Shown in pieces: positions 20,765 to 30,265 of a stretch of 41,336 nucleotides of DNA. The DNA is taken from the NCBI GenBank assembly GCA_040754655.1, contig JBFMCE010000028.1, forward strand, positions 1 to 41,336, in the 5' to 3' direction. The notes beneath the pieces are model-generated. The model was not told where the DNA came from. It saw nothing but the letters and a program-made list of their open reading frames with translations, and did not search any database. A program made the position numbers and the translations under genes. The first letter of the stretch is position 1, and each line of letters begins with the position of its first letter. Source of the stretch: Bdellovibrionota bacterium. GTDB taxonomy: Bacteria; Bdellovibrionota; UBA1018; UBA923.

Positions 20765-20860
20765 GACGCGCACCTTATAACTAAACCAGATTAATTTCAT
20801 CACCTTTTTGCAATGCTGACGCTTTCAAAAAAACTCTGTTACACTTGAACCTAAGACAAG

Positions 20861-22090
20861 ATGAACCCTTCTGAATCAGGGGTAAAGACACCTCCTGTAG
20901 GCTTGAGTGGGTTAGTGCTCACCGCCGGTGGCGCCAGAGGCGCCTATCAGGCTGGGGTGCTCAAGCGTATCGGTGAGTTCAGTCGTTTTCGGGGCAAACC
21001 AAGTCCTTTTCCTATCATCGTCGGAGCTTCTGCTGGCGCAATCAACGGCGCTGCCTTGGCTGCGGGGAGCGGTGATTTCCATGCGGTAACCCAGCTTTTG
21101 GCGCAGCTCTGGGAGAATATCAGGCCAAACCATATCTATCGCACGGATGTGATGGGACTCAGCGCGGGTGCCTTGCGTTGGGCGAAAGACTTGGGCTTTG
21201 GGGGGGTGTTCGGGGGAGGCACGGCGCAGTCTTTGCTTGATGCGAGGCCTTTGAAGGAATTCCTCTCTAGGAGCCTGCCCTTCGAGCGCATCAACGAATC
21301 TATAACTAAAAACCATTTGTATGCGGTGGGCGTGGTTGCCACGAACTATTATTCAGGCAAGTCGTACTGCTTCATCGAAGGACGGCAAGGACACGCCATC
21401 TGGGTGAAGAGCAGAAGAGTGGCGGTGCCAGTGAAGCTCAATGTGAACCACATTTGGGCCTCAGCTTCGATTCCGATCGTGTTTCAACCGGTATTGATCG
21501 AATCCGAGAACGGAAGCTTTTATTACGGTGATGGAGGCTTAAGATTAGTCGCCCCGCTAAGCCCTGCTATTAGGTTAGGAGCGAGCAAGGTTTTTGCAAT
21601 CGGGATTCGATCTCATAAAGCGGCCGAATCTCGGTCTGAAGAACATCTGCTCGAGCAACAAGGCAAGAAGCCGGTGATGCGAAAACCTCCGCTGGCGCAG
21701 ATCTTTGGCGTTGCGCTAAACTCGATCTTCTTAGACCACCTCGACACCGATGTCGAACACTTGAAGCGGATGAATGAGCTTCTTTCGCATTATGACAGAG
21801 GGCCAGACGGAAAGGTTAGCACTACCCGAATGCGAGAGCCCATGAGACAAGTCGATTGTTTCATGATCAATCCCTCTGAAGACCTTGCGAAAATAGCCGA
21901 AGGCCTTACGCATCGCATGCCAGCGATGATCCGTTATTTCATGGAAGGGTTGGGCACTTCACGCGCCCAGAGCGCAGATTTGATGAGTTATCTTTTGTTT
22001 GACCCAAGCTACACCAAGATCTTAATCGAGATAGGTTACCGCGACGCCGACGCACAGCGCGACAAGATCGAAGAGTTTTTGTCGACATAG
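20861..22090 (+). CDS. Patatin-like phospholipase
   Basis: AGGARGAYQAG, GASAG (Ser), ASASIP, DGG. Confidence 0.92.
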   Translation: MNPSESGVKTPPVGLSGLVLTAGGARGAYQAGVLKRIGEFSRFRGKPSPFPIIVGASAGAINGAALAAGSGDFHAVTQLLAQLWENIRPNHIYRTDVMGLSAGALRWAKDLGFGGVFGGGTAQSLLDARPLKEFLSRSLPFERINESITKNHLYAVGVVATNYYSGKSYCFIEGRQGHAIWVKSRRVAVPVKLNVNHIWASASIPIVFQPVLIESENGSFYYGDGGLRLVAPLSPAIRLGASKVFAIGIRSHKAAESRSEEHLLEQQGKKPVMRKPPLAQIFGVALNSIFLDHLDTDVEHLKRMNELLSHYDRGPDGKVSTTRMREPMRQVDCFMINPSEDLAKIAEGLTHRMPAMIRYFMEGLGTSRAQSADLMSYLLFDPSYTKILIEIGYRDADAQRDKIEEFLST

Positions 22091-22141
22091 ACATCGCAAA
22101 AAGAGCATGTTAGCCACCTTCTTATCGCAAGAGGGGGCGTC

Positions 22142-23638
22142 GTGAAAAAACATTCTAACCAAATTCTAAAGTCTATTTTAGCGTGCATCGCTCTGAATCT
22201 CGCGGCGGCTCTGTCTATGAGTGAGTTGTGCGCGGCTGCCGGGTCGCAGGCGAGAACTGCTCCGATCGACATTGCTTCAAAAGGCATGTGGTTGCTGGAA
22301 CTCGAGAGTAAAGAGCTCATCGGCGCGACCCATGATGGAAAAGGATTTTTGCTCGATCGCGATAGAAAAATGCGCCCTTTATCAAGGCTTAACGATTTTT
22401 GTTTTCTTGTTCACGACGATACTGATGAAAAAAGGCCACTTTCTGAAAAATGCGTGCCTAACCGATACGTCTCTGCGCTTGAGTTGCCGCGCAAGGGAGT
22501 CTTGCTCGCATCTTTAAATGCGGTAACCTTCAATGCCTATGAAAAAGGCTTGAGTAAAAAATTCTACGACGTTCCTCGAGATTATCAAATTGATTCGATT
22601 GGGTTGGTTGACGACGATCAAGGCAGAGAAGTCATCGTGATTGCGATGAGCCATGTGTGGTCGATGGGTCCTGCGACGCTGCTTGAGTTTTTAGATGAGA
22701 AAGGAAAATATTTAGGCAGTTGGAACCACCCATCAAAGCTGCCTTCTCCGGGAGTTCGCTTCGAAAAAGGAAAATGGGCATTTCTTGATGAGGAGAAGCG
22801 GCTCTTCGTTGTCGACATCATGAATGGGGGAAAACAAACCCTTCTTTTTGACTCTACAAAGCATCCTGCCTTTGGGCTGGCGGATGTTCAGCGCTATACC
22901 GGCGATACGACGCTGCGAAAAACATCAGATGGTGGTTGGATCATCCCGGTTTTCAGTGACGGATTGCTCTTTCTAGATGCTAACGGGAAAGAGCGAGGTT
23001 ATTTTGGCTATAAACCCAAAGTTGCGACCTCAAACGATCAGAGTTTAGCTGTCGAGAGCAATGAGGAAACGGAGAAAGGTTTCCCGCCTCGCCCAAAAAG
23101 CCTTGGAAACCTTGAAGAGGCTTTAGAAGAACAGCCTGCACAGTTGTCTTCGGCTTTGCTACTCGATTCAGGGCGATTCGTGGTTGCAAGCGATCAGGGC
23201 TGGTTAGTCTATCTCGATCCGCTTTCAGGTAAAGTCGAAAAAAGGGTAGAGCTTGATGGGGCAAAGAGTCCTGCTCCGGAATTGGTTCTTATTGATAAGA
23301 ATCAAGTGAGTGTTGCGGCATCTCAAGATGGGTGTGCTTTGATGGTTCTTGACCATTTCGGAAAACTAGCAAGAAGGTTCAAGGTTCCTGGGGCTTTGCG
23401 ATGTTCATTCGCTGGCGAGCTTGCCAACGGATTGTCTTTGGTTGAGTTCACAGAGCAATCAACCCAAACCCAAAAGATCGGAGCTTTCAGTAAAGACGAA
23501 AAACTTCTTTGGAGTGTGTCGGGCGACACGCCCGTGATCTTGAACGACCGAAGAGGCTTTGTTGCTTTCGAGAAAGATCGGAAGATGTTCTTCGTTTCAC
23601 TGAGGCAAGAGAGGTTTGACAGTTTGAGAGCGCGCTGA
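22142..23638 (+). CDS. Secreted hypothetical protein, probably a beta-propeller
   Basis: Signal-peptide-like N-terminus; repeated short beta-strand units (LDEKGK, LDANGK, LDHFGK). Confidence 0.7.
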   Translation: MKKHSNQILKSILACIALNLAAALSMSELCAAAGSQARTAPIDIASKGMWLLELESKELIGATHDGKGFLLDRDRKMRPLSRLNDFCFLVHDDTDEKRPLSEKCVPNRYVSALELPRKGVLLASLNAVTFNAYEKGLSKKFYDVPRDYQIDSIGLVDDDQGREVIVIAMSHVWSMGPATLLEFLDEKGKYLGSWNHPSKLPSPGVRFEKGKWAFLDEEKRLFVVDIMNGGKQTLLFDSTKHPAFGLADVQRYTGDTTLRKTSDGGWIIPVFSDGLLFLDANGKERGYFGYKPKVATSNDQSLAVESNEETEKGFPPRPKSLGNLEEALEEQPAQLSSALLLDSGRFVVASDQGWLVYLDPLSGKVEKRVELDGAKSPAPELVLIDKNQVSVAASQDGCALMVLDHFGKLARRFKVPGALRCSFAGELANGLSLVEFTEQSTQTQKIGAFSKDEKLLWSVSGDTPVILNDRRGFVAFEKDRKMFFVSLRQERFDSLRAR

Positions 23639-23676
23639 CGCCACGAAAGATCGCGATGAGAAAGCTTGTAATAGAT

Positions 23677-24696
23677 TTAATTTTCATGGAGCTCCTTCTC
23701 TTCTTCTGATTCTTCCTTAACTTGAGTTTTTATCAAGGCGTAGATGCCGGTGAAGGCCAAATCAGGTGATAAAGTGATTATTACGAAGGCTGTCGTTGAG
23801 GCGCCTATTTTCAAGCAAACAAGTAGATTATTGGGGTTTAAAGGATCAAACCAAATGCGACTGTAAAGAATTTGCACGTTTCGGTGCGAGATATTAAAGA
23901 GTTCAGTCATCAAAACATTGTAGAGTTCCCGGGCCATGTTGTTTGTAAGGAAAATCTCGCGTAGCCCTTCTTTTTTGAAAAGCGCGGTCACTGAACGTTC
24001 GCTTGCTCGGGCTTCAAGCATAGCCCATACGCTATCTGCGACTTTTTGAAGACGCTTTGATTCGTTTTCTGAAAGCAGGGGCTCGTCTACTCTCTTTCTA
24101 ATGAGCTTTGCAATTGAATGGGGTAGCCGTGGCAGCGATTCGACAAAAGCATCGGGCTCAAGAGTGAGGTCAAGCACGTGTTGAAACTCATGCCGGGTGA
24201 CTGTGGCGCTACGAAGTGCTCCGCGAGGATTTAGAACAACTAAGGTTTGAGAGCCTTTTTGAAAAGGACGGTTCGCGATGACCCGGCCACCCTCAAAAAA
24301 AGGCGTCGAAGGATCAAGCAAAACGGGGATATGGTTTTCTTTTAGTCTTTCGAATATTTTTTTGAAGTTTGATCCAAGAAGCTTTTCAGGAGGAGAAAGA
24401 ATCTCAACGTAAGTGTTTTTAAGTATCGAGAATTCTGTATTGTCGTGTGTGACCACTCTTACGACTTGACCACTGCCACCCTCACTTTCAAGAAGCCGCA
24501 GAATTTCATGATGGTCGGTAGAGTTTGGAAGCTTTTCAAGGGTGAAACCCTGATTGTTGAGGTCAACGAACTGAAAAAGCGTGCGCCAAAGGCAGGTGCT
24601 TTCTTCGGCGTGAACGGTATGTGGGTGTAGAGCGAGCTGCACTATCAGCATCAAAATTATGGGAAAAATCGAATATTTGGCGCGTGGGCACACCAT
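23677..24696 (-). CDS. Exported hypothetical protein with HEXXH motif
   Basis: Signal peptide (VHA-EE); RHEFQH; hydrophobic C-terminal segment. Confidence 0.65.
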   Translation of the reverse strand: MVCPRAKYSIFPIILMLIVQLALHPHTVHAEESTCLWRTLFQFVDLNNQGFTLEKLPNSTDHHEILRLLESEGGSGQVVRVVTHDNTEFSILKNTYVEILSPPEKLLGSNFKKIFERLKENHIPVLLDPSTPFFEGGRVIANRPFQKGSQTLVVLNPRGALRSATVTRHEFQHVLDLTLEPDAFVESLPRLPHSIAKLIRKRVDEPLLSENESKRLQKVADSVWAMLEARASERSVTALFKKEGLREIFLTNNMARELYNVLMTELFNISHRNVQILYSRIWFDPLNPNNLLVCLKIGASTTAFVIITLSPDLAFTGIYALIKTQVKEESEEEKELHEN

Positions 24697-24792
24697 AAGG
24701 GCTCATCGGAAATGCGGCGCGGTGGCTTTAAAAGCGCTGTCTCAAGGAAAATATTGCCTGGTTGTGGCTAGTATTGGTGCATTAGTCGGAAC

Positions 24793-24821
24793 TTGTCAAA
24801 TTTGACAATAAGAGCTAAGAT
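24793..24821 (+). promoter_or_regulatory. Sigma70-type promoter overlapped by a palindromic operator
   Basis: TTGTCA-N17-TAAGAT; perfect 16-bp palindrome TTGTCAAATTTGACAA at 24793-24808. Confidence 0.6.
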
Positions 24822-24833
24822 GCACAGAGATGA

Positions 24834-24998
24834 CTGAGCGGCTTGGATGGCAAGTTCTATGAACCTGAGGCGGTGAAAGATGGATTTCAATACTTCGTCG
24901 CCGATCCTTTGGAATACTGAGGCGTCAATTATAGATTGATCTGGATTCTTGAGGATAAAAAGCTTTACGTCGGAGTTGTAAACGCCTTTCGGAGGTAG
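24834..24998 (+). pseudogene. Remnant of a small gene upstream of the XRE gene (possible toxin)
   Basis: Frame reads LSGLDGKFYEPEAVKDGFQYFVADPLEY*GVNYRLIWILEDKKLYVGVVNAFRR*, with internal TGA at 24918-24920. Confidence 0.5.
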
Positions 24999-25004
24999 AA
25001 AAAA

Positions 25005-25358
25005 ATGGCAAAAAGCAAGAAAACGAAAACAAAATCTTCGCATACGAGGTGGCCAGACGAAAAGGCCCTCTCGGAAATGCGTGATCGTCTTTCGTCAGAT
25101 AAAGTTCAGGGAAGCACCGTGCTGGGTCCAGATGCACAACTTGTAGATCGCATTAAACATGACTTGTGCAGCAAAATCGTTGAATTTCACTTGAACAGCA
25201 AACTTTCACAAAGGGCGCTTGCTGAGAAACTTGGTGTTGACGAGCCTGAAATGAGCCGAATTCTCCACTACAAGATAGAGCGCTATACTATTGATCGTTT
25301 ATTGGGGTATCTCGAGATCTTGTATCCGAACGTGGACTTTGAGGTTTTTGCGGCATAA
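25005..25358 (+). CDS. XRE-family HTH protein (antitoxin-like)
   Basis: LSQRALAEKLGVDEPEMSRIL...YTIDRL; RBS GGAGGT. Confidence 0.88.
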   Translation: MAKSKKTKTKSSHTRWPDEKALSEMRDRLSSDKVQGSTVLGPDAQLVDRIKHDLCSKIVEFHLNSKLSQRALAEKLGVDEPEMSRILHYKIERYTIDRLLGYLEILYPNVDFEVFAA

Positions 25359-25407
25359 CGGGTGGAACCAATGTCATGCGCCTGAATAGCACCACCAGCG
25401 ACGCCTG

Positions 25408-27012
25408 CTACTTTTTCTCTTCCGACAAGTCTTTTTGAAACTTTTCCTTCACCGCGATGATTGCAGCCTTCTCTTCAGCAGAGGGGGGTGCCATGCCTTC
25501 TCGCGGAAGCCACAAATCGGGTGAAAGCACATAATCTAAGGCTTCAATCATCGAGCGATCAAGTTCTGGCAGAATCGCAGGATCATTTTTGACCAGCTCG
25601 CAATAGCTTCCCATAAAGACTTCTGGGCCAGTCAAGCTGGTGTAAGTTTTTAGAATGGGCAGAACCTTTGTGAGCTCGCCAAAAAATCGCGTGTGCACTT
25701 CGTCAATTTTGCATTCACCCACGACAGCCTCGCCTTCGGCAATCAAACGAGCGCGTTCACTTTCTAGTTCTTCGTCATCAGTTGTGGGCCAAGACTTGAG
25801 TTCTTCGGTGTCATTTCGAAGCTCAGCTTTCAGTAAAAGAGCCTCTTCGGGAAGCAAGAAGCGCCACTGATCGAGTTGTTGAAAAATTTGAAGTGCCTTC
25901 TCAGTGGCTTCTTTTAGTTTTACAGAGGGGTCTTTGAGAAATTCCGCAAGCTTCAAGTGATAAAGCAGGTGGCGTTTACAATAGTACGGCATAGCTTTCA
26001 GTTGTGAATGAATCCAAAACGATAACTTTGCCTGGTCTTTTCGGCCATTGTTTAAATTAGTGCATTGGTGGATCAGCCAAGACAAGTCGGCCTCAGAAAA
26101 GCTTGGCCTCTCTTCGTACAGAAATCTTCTTATGGGTTCGAGGGTCCCAGTGTATTCCTCAAACCCTTCAAGCGGCTTGAGAACATCACTCATAAAAGAA
26201 CGCACCACGCCTTGGCTGAATCCGTTTATCGGAAATTTCGAAAAGAATGCGTTTTCTGGTGCAAGCCTTGATTTCTTGTCTTGAAGGCTTTGAGAAAATT
26301 GGGCTAGGTGTTGAGCAAATTTGAAAGCCTCTTTTGAGGAAGGAAGTGGCTTTGTCTCCGAATTTGAAGTGCAGAGGGTTTCTACCCCTTTTCTATGGGT
26401 ACCCCGCAATCCCCAGATGCATTGAGAGACTTCGGGCCCGTTATACTCTTGATTAAATTCGATGACAAATTCAGAGTCTCCAATTTGAACTTGGCGCGCG
26501 CCAACAGGCACCCGGTAGTAATTTCGGTAGAGTTGGCCGTCGCGATTATACTCAGCGACGAAGTAATAGTTAGAAAGGTTTTTTTGGGGCAAAGAGGGGT
26601 AAGTCGAATAGAATCCATGAACGAACGAGAACGGCGTGCTTTTAGGTTCTTTCTGATCAAGTTCTTGAATCAATTTTTCAATCTGTGATTTTTCAGGCTC
26701 TTTAAAACTACCTCTGCCGAGATCTTGAGCGACAAACTTTCCATCTTGAAAGCCAGAGAATGCGACGAGCGTTCCGGTTTCTACTTCGTACTCCCGCGAC
26801 TGAAGAAACTCGATTCTTCCGTGCGAATCTTGGATGAAAATCCGTTCGACTCTTCTTTTCCAAATAGTCGCAGGGTAGGTATCGTACCCGGGATTATGAT
26901 TATAAATGAAAGAATCTTTGAGATAGGTCAATTGAGGAGCAGATTCCTTTTTCTCTTCAGCGATTGCATGCAGCGACAGAGTGGCCCAGATCAAAAGTAC
27001 AAATATTTTCAT
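25408..27012 (-). CDS. Secreted hypothetical protein
   Basis: 534-aa ORF with signal peptide (AIA-EE); no family recognised. Confidence 0.75.
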   Translation of the reverse strand: MKIFVLLIWATLSLHAIAEEKKESAPQLTYLKDSFIYNHNPGYDTYPATIWKRRVERIFIQDSHGRIEFLQSREYEVETGTLVAFSGFQDGKFVAQDLGRGSFKEPEKSQIEKLIQELDQKEPKSTPFSFVHGFYSTYPSLPQKNLSNYYFVAEYNRDGQLYRNYYRVPVGARQVQIGDSEFVIEFNQEYNGPEVSQCIWGLRGTHRKGVETLCTSNSETKPLPSSKEAFKFAQHLAQFSQSLQDKKSRLAPENAFFSKFPINGFSQGVVRSFMSDVLKPLEGFEEYTGTLEPIRRFLYEERPSFSEADLSWLIHQCTNLNNGRKDQAKLSFWIHSQLKAMPYYCKRHLLYHLKLAEFLKDPSVKLKEATEKALQIFQQLDQWRFLLPEEALLLKAELRNDTEELKSWPTTDDEELESERARLIAEGEAVVGECKIDEVHTRFFGELTKVLPILKTYTSLTGPEVFMGSYCELVKNDPAILPELDRSMIEALDYVLSPDLWLPREGMAPPSAEEKAAIIAVKEKFQKDLSEEKK

Positions 27013-27128
27013 GCAGTGCGTCTAACAGAGGGGTTTTGCTTAATCAAATAGAAAGGGCTTTACATTGTTTTTGAAGCGGTGCGAGCAGACAGGCGCAATT
27101 CATTCCACTGGAACTTGATGGGTTATTG

Positions 27129-28358
27129 TCACGCAGCCTTCGGAGGAGTGCCTGTTCCGCCGCCAGGTGCCGGAGTTGCGGACGTGGCCACGACGAACTT
27201 CTCTTTGAACTTCTCAAGCTGCTCTTTTGATACAAGGTCGCTCACCATCATGAAAAGCCGCACGGGCTGAGCTCTGTCGGGAAATTGATAAACCCCCAGT
27301 TCAACGAGCGGCGGCGGTGTGGTCTTGAGCGACTTTAAGAACTCATCGGTCATGATGACGTTTGTGCCGGGAAGTTCGTGGACTAGTTTTTCCATACGAT
27401 GCAGAAGGTCGACATCGCTAGACGAAGTGTCGAAGCTTTTCTGAATGACCGGACCTCGAAGCGTATTAAGCTGCACAGTGTGTATATTCACAGTCGCATT
27501 TCTTGCGACATGCAAACCCACGCCGCACTCAATTTGCACCTGGTGTACTTGAGAGAGCCCACGAAGTGCTACGCGAAACTCGCGCGCCACACTCAAGGCC
27601 GCGTCAAAAGGGCTGATTTGTTGTTCAAATAAACCAAAGTGGCCGTAAGCAGAGTCTCCGCTGTGCGACTCTCTCCATCCGCCGTGGCGGAGCACGCATT
27701 CGGTGAATGCCTGAATAACCAAGTTTCGAAGAGGCCTGTCGCCAATGATGGTGCCGTGAATTTTTGCGCTATTGATGATGTCAAAGGTGATGCCCACGAC
27801 GTCTTTTTTAATGGGAAATTGAATTGATTTTTCATTAAGCGCCCACAGCACGAATGGCGGAACCCAGCACTCAAGCTCTGCGCGCATACTGGCTTCGCGT
27901 TTGTGCGCTTCTTCAAGGTCACTGGTCATTTTCTTGAGTGTCGAGATCTTCTCTTGCAGTTCTTGGTAGAGCTTTCGTTGTTCATCTTTCGCGTTGTAAA
28001 ATTCGATCGCGCGCCTCAAAAGCGCTTCGAGCTCGTCGGGGTCCCAGGGTTTTTTGACGTAGTCAAAGACCTGGGCTTTGCGCACCGACTCGACGACCAA
28101 GTTCTCATCGGAATAACCCGTGACGATGATCCTCACGGCATCAGGCCTTAGACGTTTGGCGACTTCAAGAAATTGCACTCCGGTCACGCCAGGCATGCGC
28201 TGGTCGCTCACGATGACGCTAGGGTTGAGTTTGTCCAAGGCCTCAAGAGCTGCCATAGGATTGTCAAAAATTTTGATTTCCCAGTCGCTAGGCAGAGAGG
28301 CTTCAAAGACGGCAAGGTTGTGTGGTTCGTCGTCGACGTACAAGATGAGGGGTTTCAT
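27129..28358 (-). CDS. Response regulator: receiver, coiled coil, atypical class III nucleotide cyclase domain
   Basis: YVDDE, SDQRMP, VTGY, KPW; then ITFDIINS, HSGDSAYGHFG, GVGLH, DVDLLHRME. Confidence 0.8.
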   Translation of the reverse strand: MKPLILYVDDEPHNLAVFEASLPSDWEIKIFDNPMAALEALDKLNPSVIVSDQRMPGVTGVQFLEVAKRLRPDAVRIIVTGYSDENLVVESVRKAQVFDYVKKPWDPDELEALLRRAIEFYNAKDEQRKLYQELQEKISTLKKMTSDLEEAHKREASMRAELECWVPPFVLWALNEKSIQFPIKKDVVGITFDIINSAKIHGTIIGDRPLRNLVIQAFTECVLRHGGWRESHSGDSAYGHFGLFEQQISPFDAALSVAREFRVALRGLSQVHQVQIECGVGLHVARNATVNIHTVQLNTLRGPVIQKSFDTSSSDVDLLHRMEKLVHELPGTNVIMTDEFLKSLKTTPPPLVELGVYQFPDRAQPVRLFMMVSDLVSKEQLEKFKEKFVVATSATPAPGGGTGTPPKAA

Positions 28359-30238
28359 GCCGCCACCTTGCTTTCGCCCGCAGGGCTCGTGGGAAGCACG
28401 ATCTCAAAGGTCGTTCCTTTTCCAGGTTCCGAGCTCAGGTTGATCTTGCCTTGGTGCCTTTGAATCTCCATTTTCACGATATGCAGTCCGAGTCCTGAGC
28501 CTTTTCCCACTTCTTTGGTCGTGAAGAACGGCTCCCAGATTCGGGTCTGGATGTTTTCAGGAATGCCGCATCCACTGTCAGCGATGCGAATGCTTGCTTC
28601 AGAGGGTGTAGACTGAGCTGAGATGTTGAGTTGGCCTCCTTCAGGCATGGCATCGACGGCATTTACGATCAGGTTCATGAAGACCTGGTTTAGTCCTACG
28701 ACGTTGCCGAAGATCTGCAGAGAGGGATCAATATCGACTTTGACTTCGATCCCGTTTTTGATCTTGTTGCGCAGGATCGCGAGAACAGAATCAATGACTT
28801 CTTTTATCTTGAGGTCGTTGAATTTTGCTTGGTTGAGGCCTGTGTAATTTCTTAGGCTATTGATGATCTCGAAAGTGAGCTTCAAGCCGTCCTTCATGAT
28901 TGAAATCAGGCTGTTCATCTTTTCTTTGTCTTTGCTCTCAACGCTTGCGATCCATTTTTCAAGAGGCCTGAGCGCTCCATTCACATAGTTGAGCGAGTTG
29001 TTGATCTCGTGCGCGATGCCTGCCGCAAGCGTACCCAGAGAAACCAGCTTCTCAGATTGAATCAGCTCAGACTGAGTCACTTTGAGCTTTTGCATGGCTT
29101 CTTGCAGCTCGCGTGTTCGTGAGGTGAGCTGCTCGGTCTTTTTCTTCACTTCTTCTTCGAGGTGGGCTTGCAAGTAGTCACGTTCGCGATAAGTGGCGTT
29201 GATCTGTTCGTTCACCGAGAGCGCTAAGAATAAAAGGCCGCAGACAATGCCCACCGAGAGCATCACGTAACCACTCGAAAGGCCTGTCACGACGAAAATG
29301 TCATTGAACACCGCAGCCGCGAAGAGAGCCAAGCTCAGCGATTTGAGTAAGAATGAGCGCTCATAACCCTGGGCTTTCGAAAGCTTTCGGATATTGAAGA
29401 GAGTGGCCAACATCAAACCCAGGGTGAACGCAAAGGGCAGGGTCGTGCCGAACTGAAGCGTGTCCCCGCTTTTTCCCAAGAGCAAGATCACGACGGCAAT
29501 CGCAACGTTCATAAAATACGCGATGTAAACTTTGTTGCTGATCAGGCCTTCGATTCGCAGAGTATTGAAGAACAGGCAAAGCCCCGTCCACACGCAAAGG
29601 TCAGCAACGCGGTGCAAGTTGAGCATGTCGAGGTTGATTCCGAAGGCGCCTGAGACCGAGCCCATGAAATACCCCGCCATCGCGAGGTTTGAAAGCGCAA
29701 GCGACATGGTTTCGTGCAAAGAAACTTTCCGGTAAAAAACGACAGCGCAGAAAAGAGCCATCATCAAAAGGCTCCCTGCTGCGATGATATTCATGGTTTC
29801 TAAGACAAAATCTGCAAGTGGCCGCCGCTTAACCACTGACGGAAAAAATGCCAGCCGCGCGAAGTAGTGGCTGTAAGAGACCACCCTCCAATGAAGCGTC
29901 GTGCCGCTTGTGATGTGCTTGCACTGCAGGGTCGGCGTTCCATAGAACGATCTGGGGTGTTTGAATTCAGGGTCGCTGAATCGCAGGACGGGTTGACCAT
30001 CAAGCGAGAGCACGTGCGCACCGTGAATGACCACGGGAAATTCAATGTAAGAGTCAGGAGCCGTCTTGCAGTTACTGACGATCTGCTTGGATTCAGCTTC
30101 CAAGACGACAACACGTTCTTCATTCGTCCAAGGTTTGGTGACGGCCCATCCTGAAGCAGGATCGTTTGGCACCGACTCAACGTTGAGGAGCCCTGAGATG
30201 AACATCAAAGCGCTGATCGCTACGGATTCAAGGCTCAT
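28355..30238 (-). CDS. Membrane sensor histidine kinase with an extracytoplasmic domain and about 7 TM helices
   Basis: Signal-like N-terminus, beta-rich domain, about 7 hydrophobic helices; SEKLVSLGTLAAGIAHEINN, NAVDA, DSGCGI, FFTTK...GSGLGL. Confidence 0.9.
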   Translation of the reverse strand: MSLESVAISALMFISGLLNVESVPNDPASGWAVTKPWTNEERVVVLEAESKQIVSNCKTAPDSYIEFPVVIHGAHVLSLDGQPVLRFSDPEFKHPRSFYGTPTLQCKHITSGTTLHWRVVSYSHYFARLAFFPSVVKRRPLADFVLETMNIIAAGSLLMMALFCAVVFYRKVSLHETMSLALSNLAMAGYFMGSVSGAFGINLDMLNLHRVADLCVWTGLCLFFNTLRIEGLISNKVYIAYFMNVAIAVVILLLGKSGDTLQFGTTLPFAFTLGLMLATLFNIRKLSKAQGYERSFLLKSLSLALFAAAVFNDIFVVTGLSSGYVMLSVGIVCGLLFLALSVNEQINATYRERDYLQAHLEEEVKKKTEQLTSRTRELQEAMQKLKVTQSELIQSEKLVSLGTLAAGIAHEINNSLNYVNGALRPLEKWIASVESKDKEKMNSLISIMKDGLKLTFEIINSLRNYTGLNQAKFNDLKIKEVIDSVLAILRNKIKNGIEVKVDIDPSLQIFGNVVGLNQVFMNLIVNAVDAMPEGGQLNISAQSTPSEASIRIADSGCGIPENIQTRIWEPFFTTKEVGKGSGLGLHIVKMEIQRHQGKINLSSEPGKGTTFEIVLPTSPAGESKVAA

Positions 30239-30265
30239 TCAGGGGTTTGGCTCCATATTAAGGTC

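Noticed and set aside
27129..28358. Pycsar/CBASS-type defence cyclase
   Set aside because: The cyclase domain is fused to a receiver and coupled to a kinase; no cyclic-nucleotide-binding effector is adjacent
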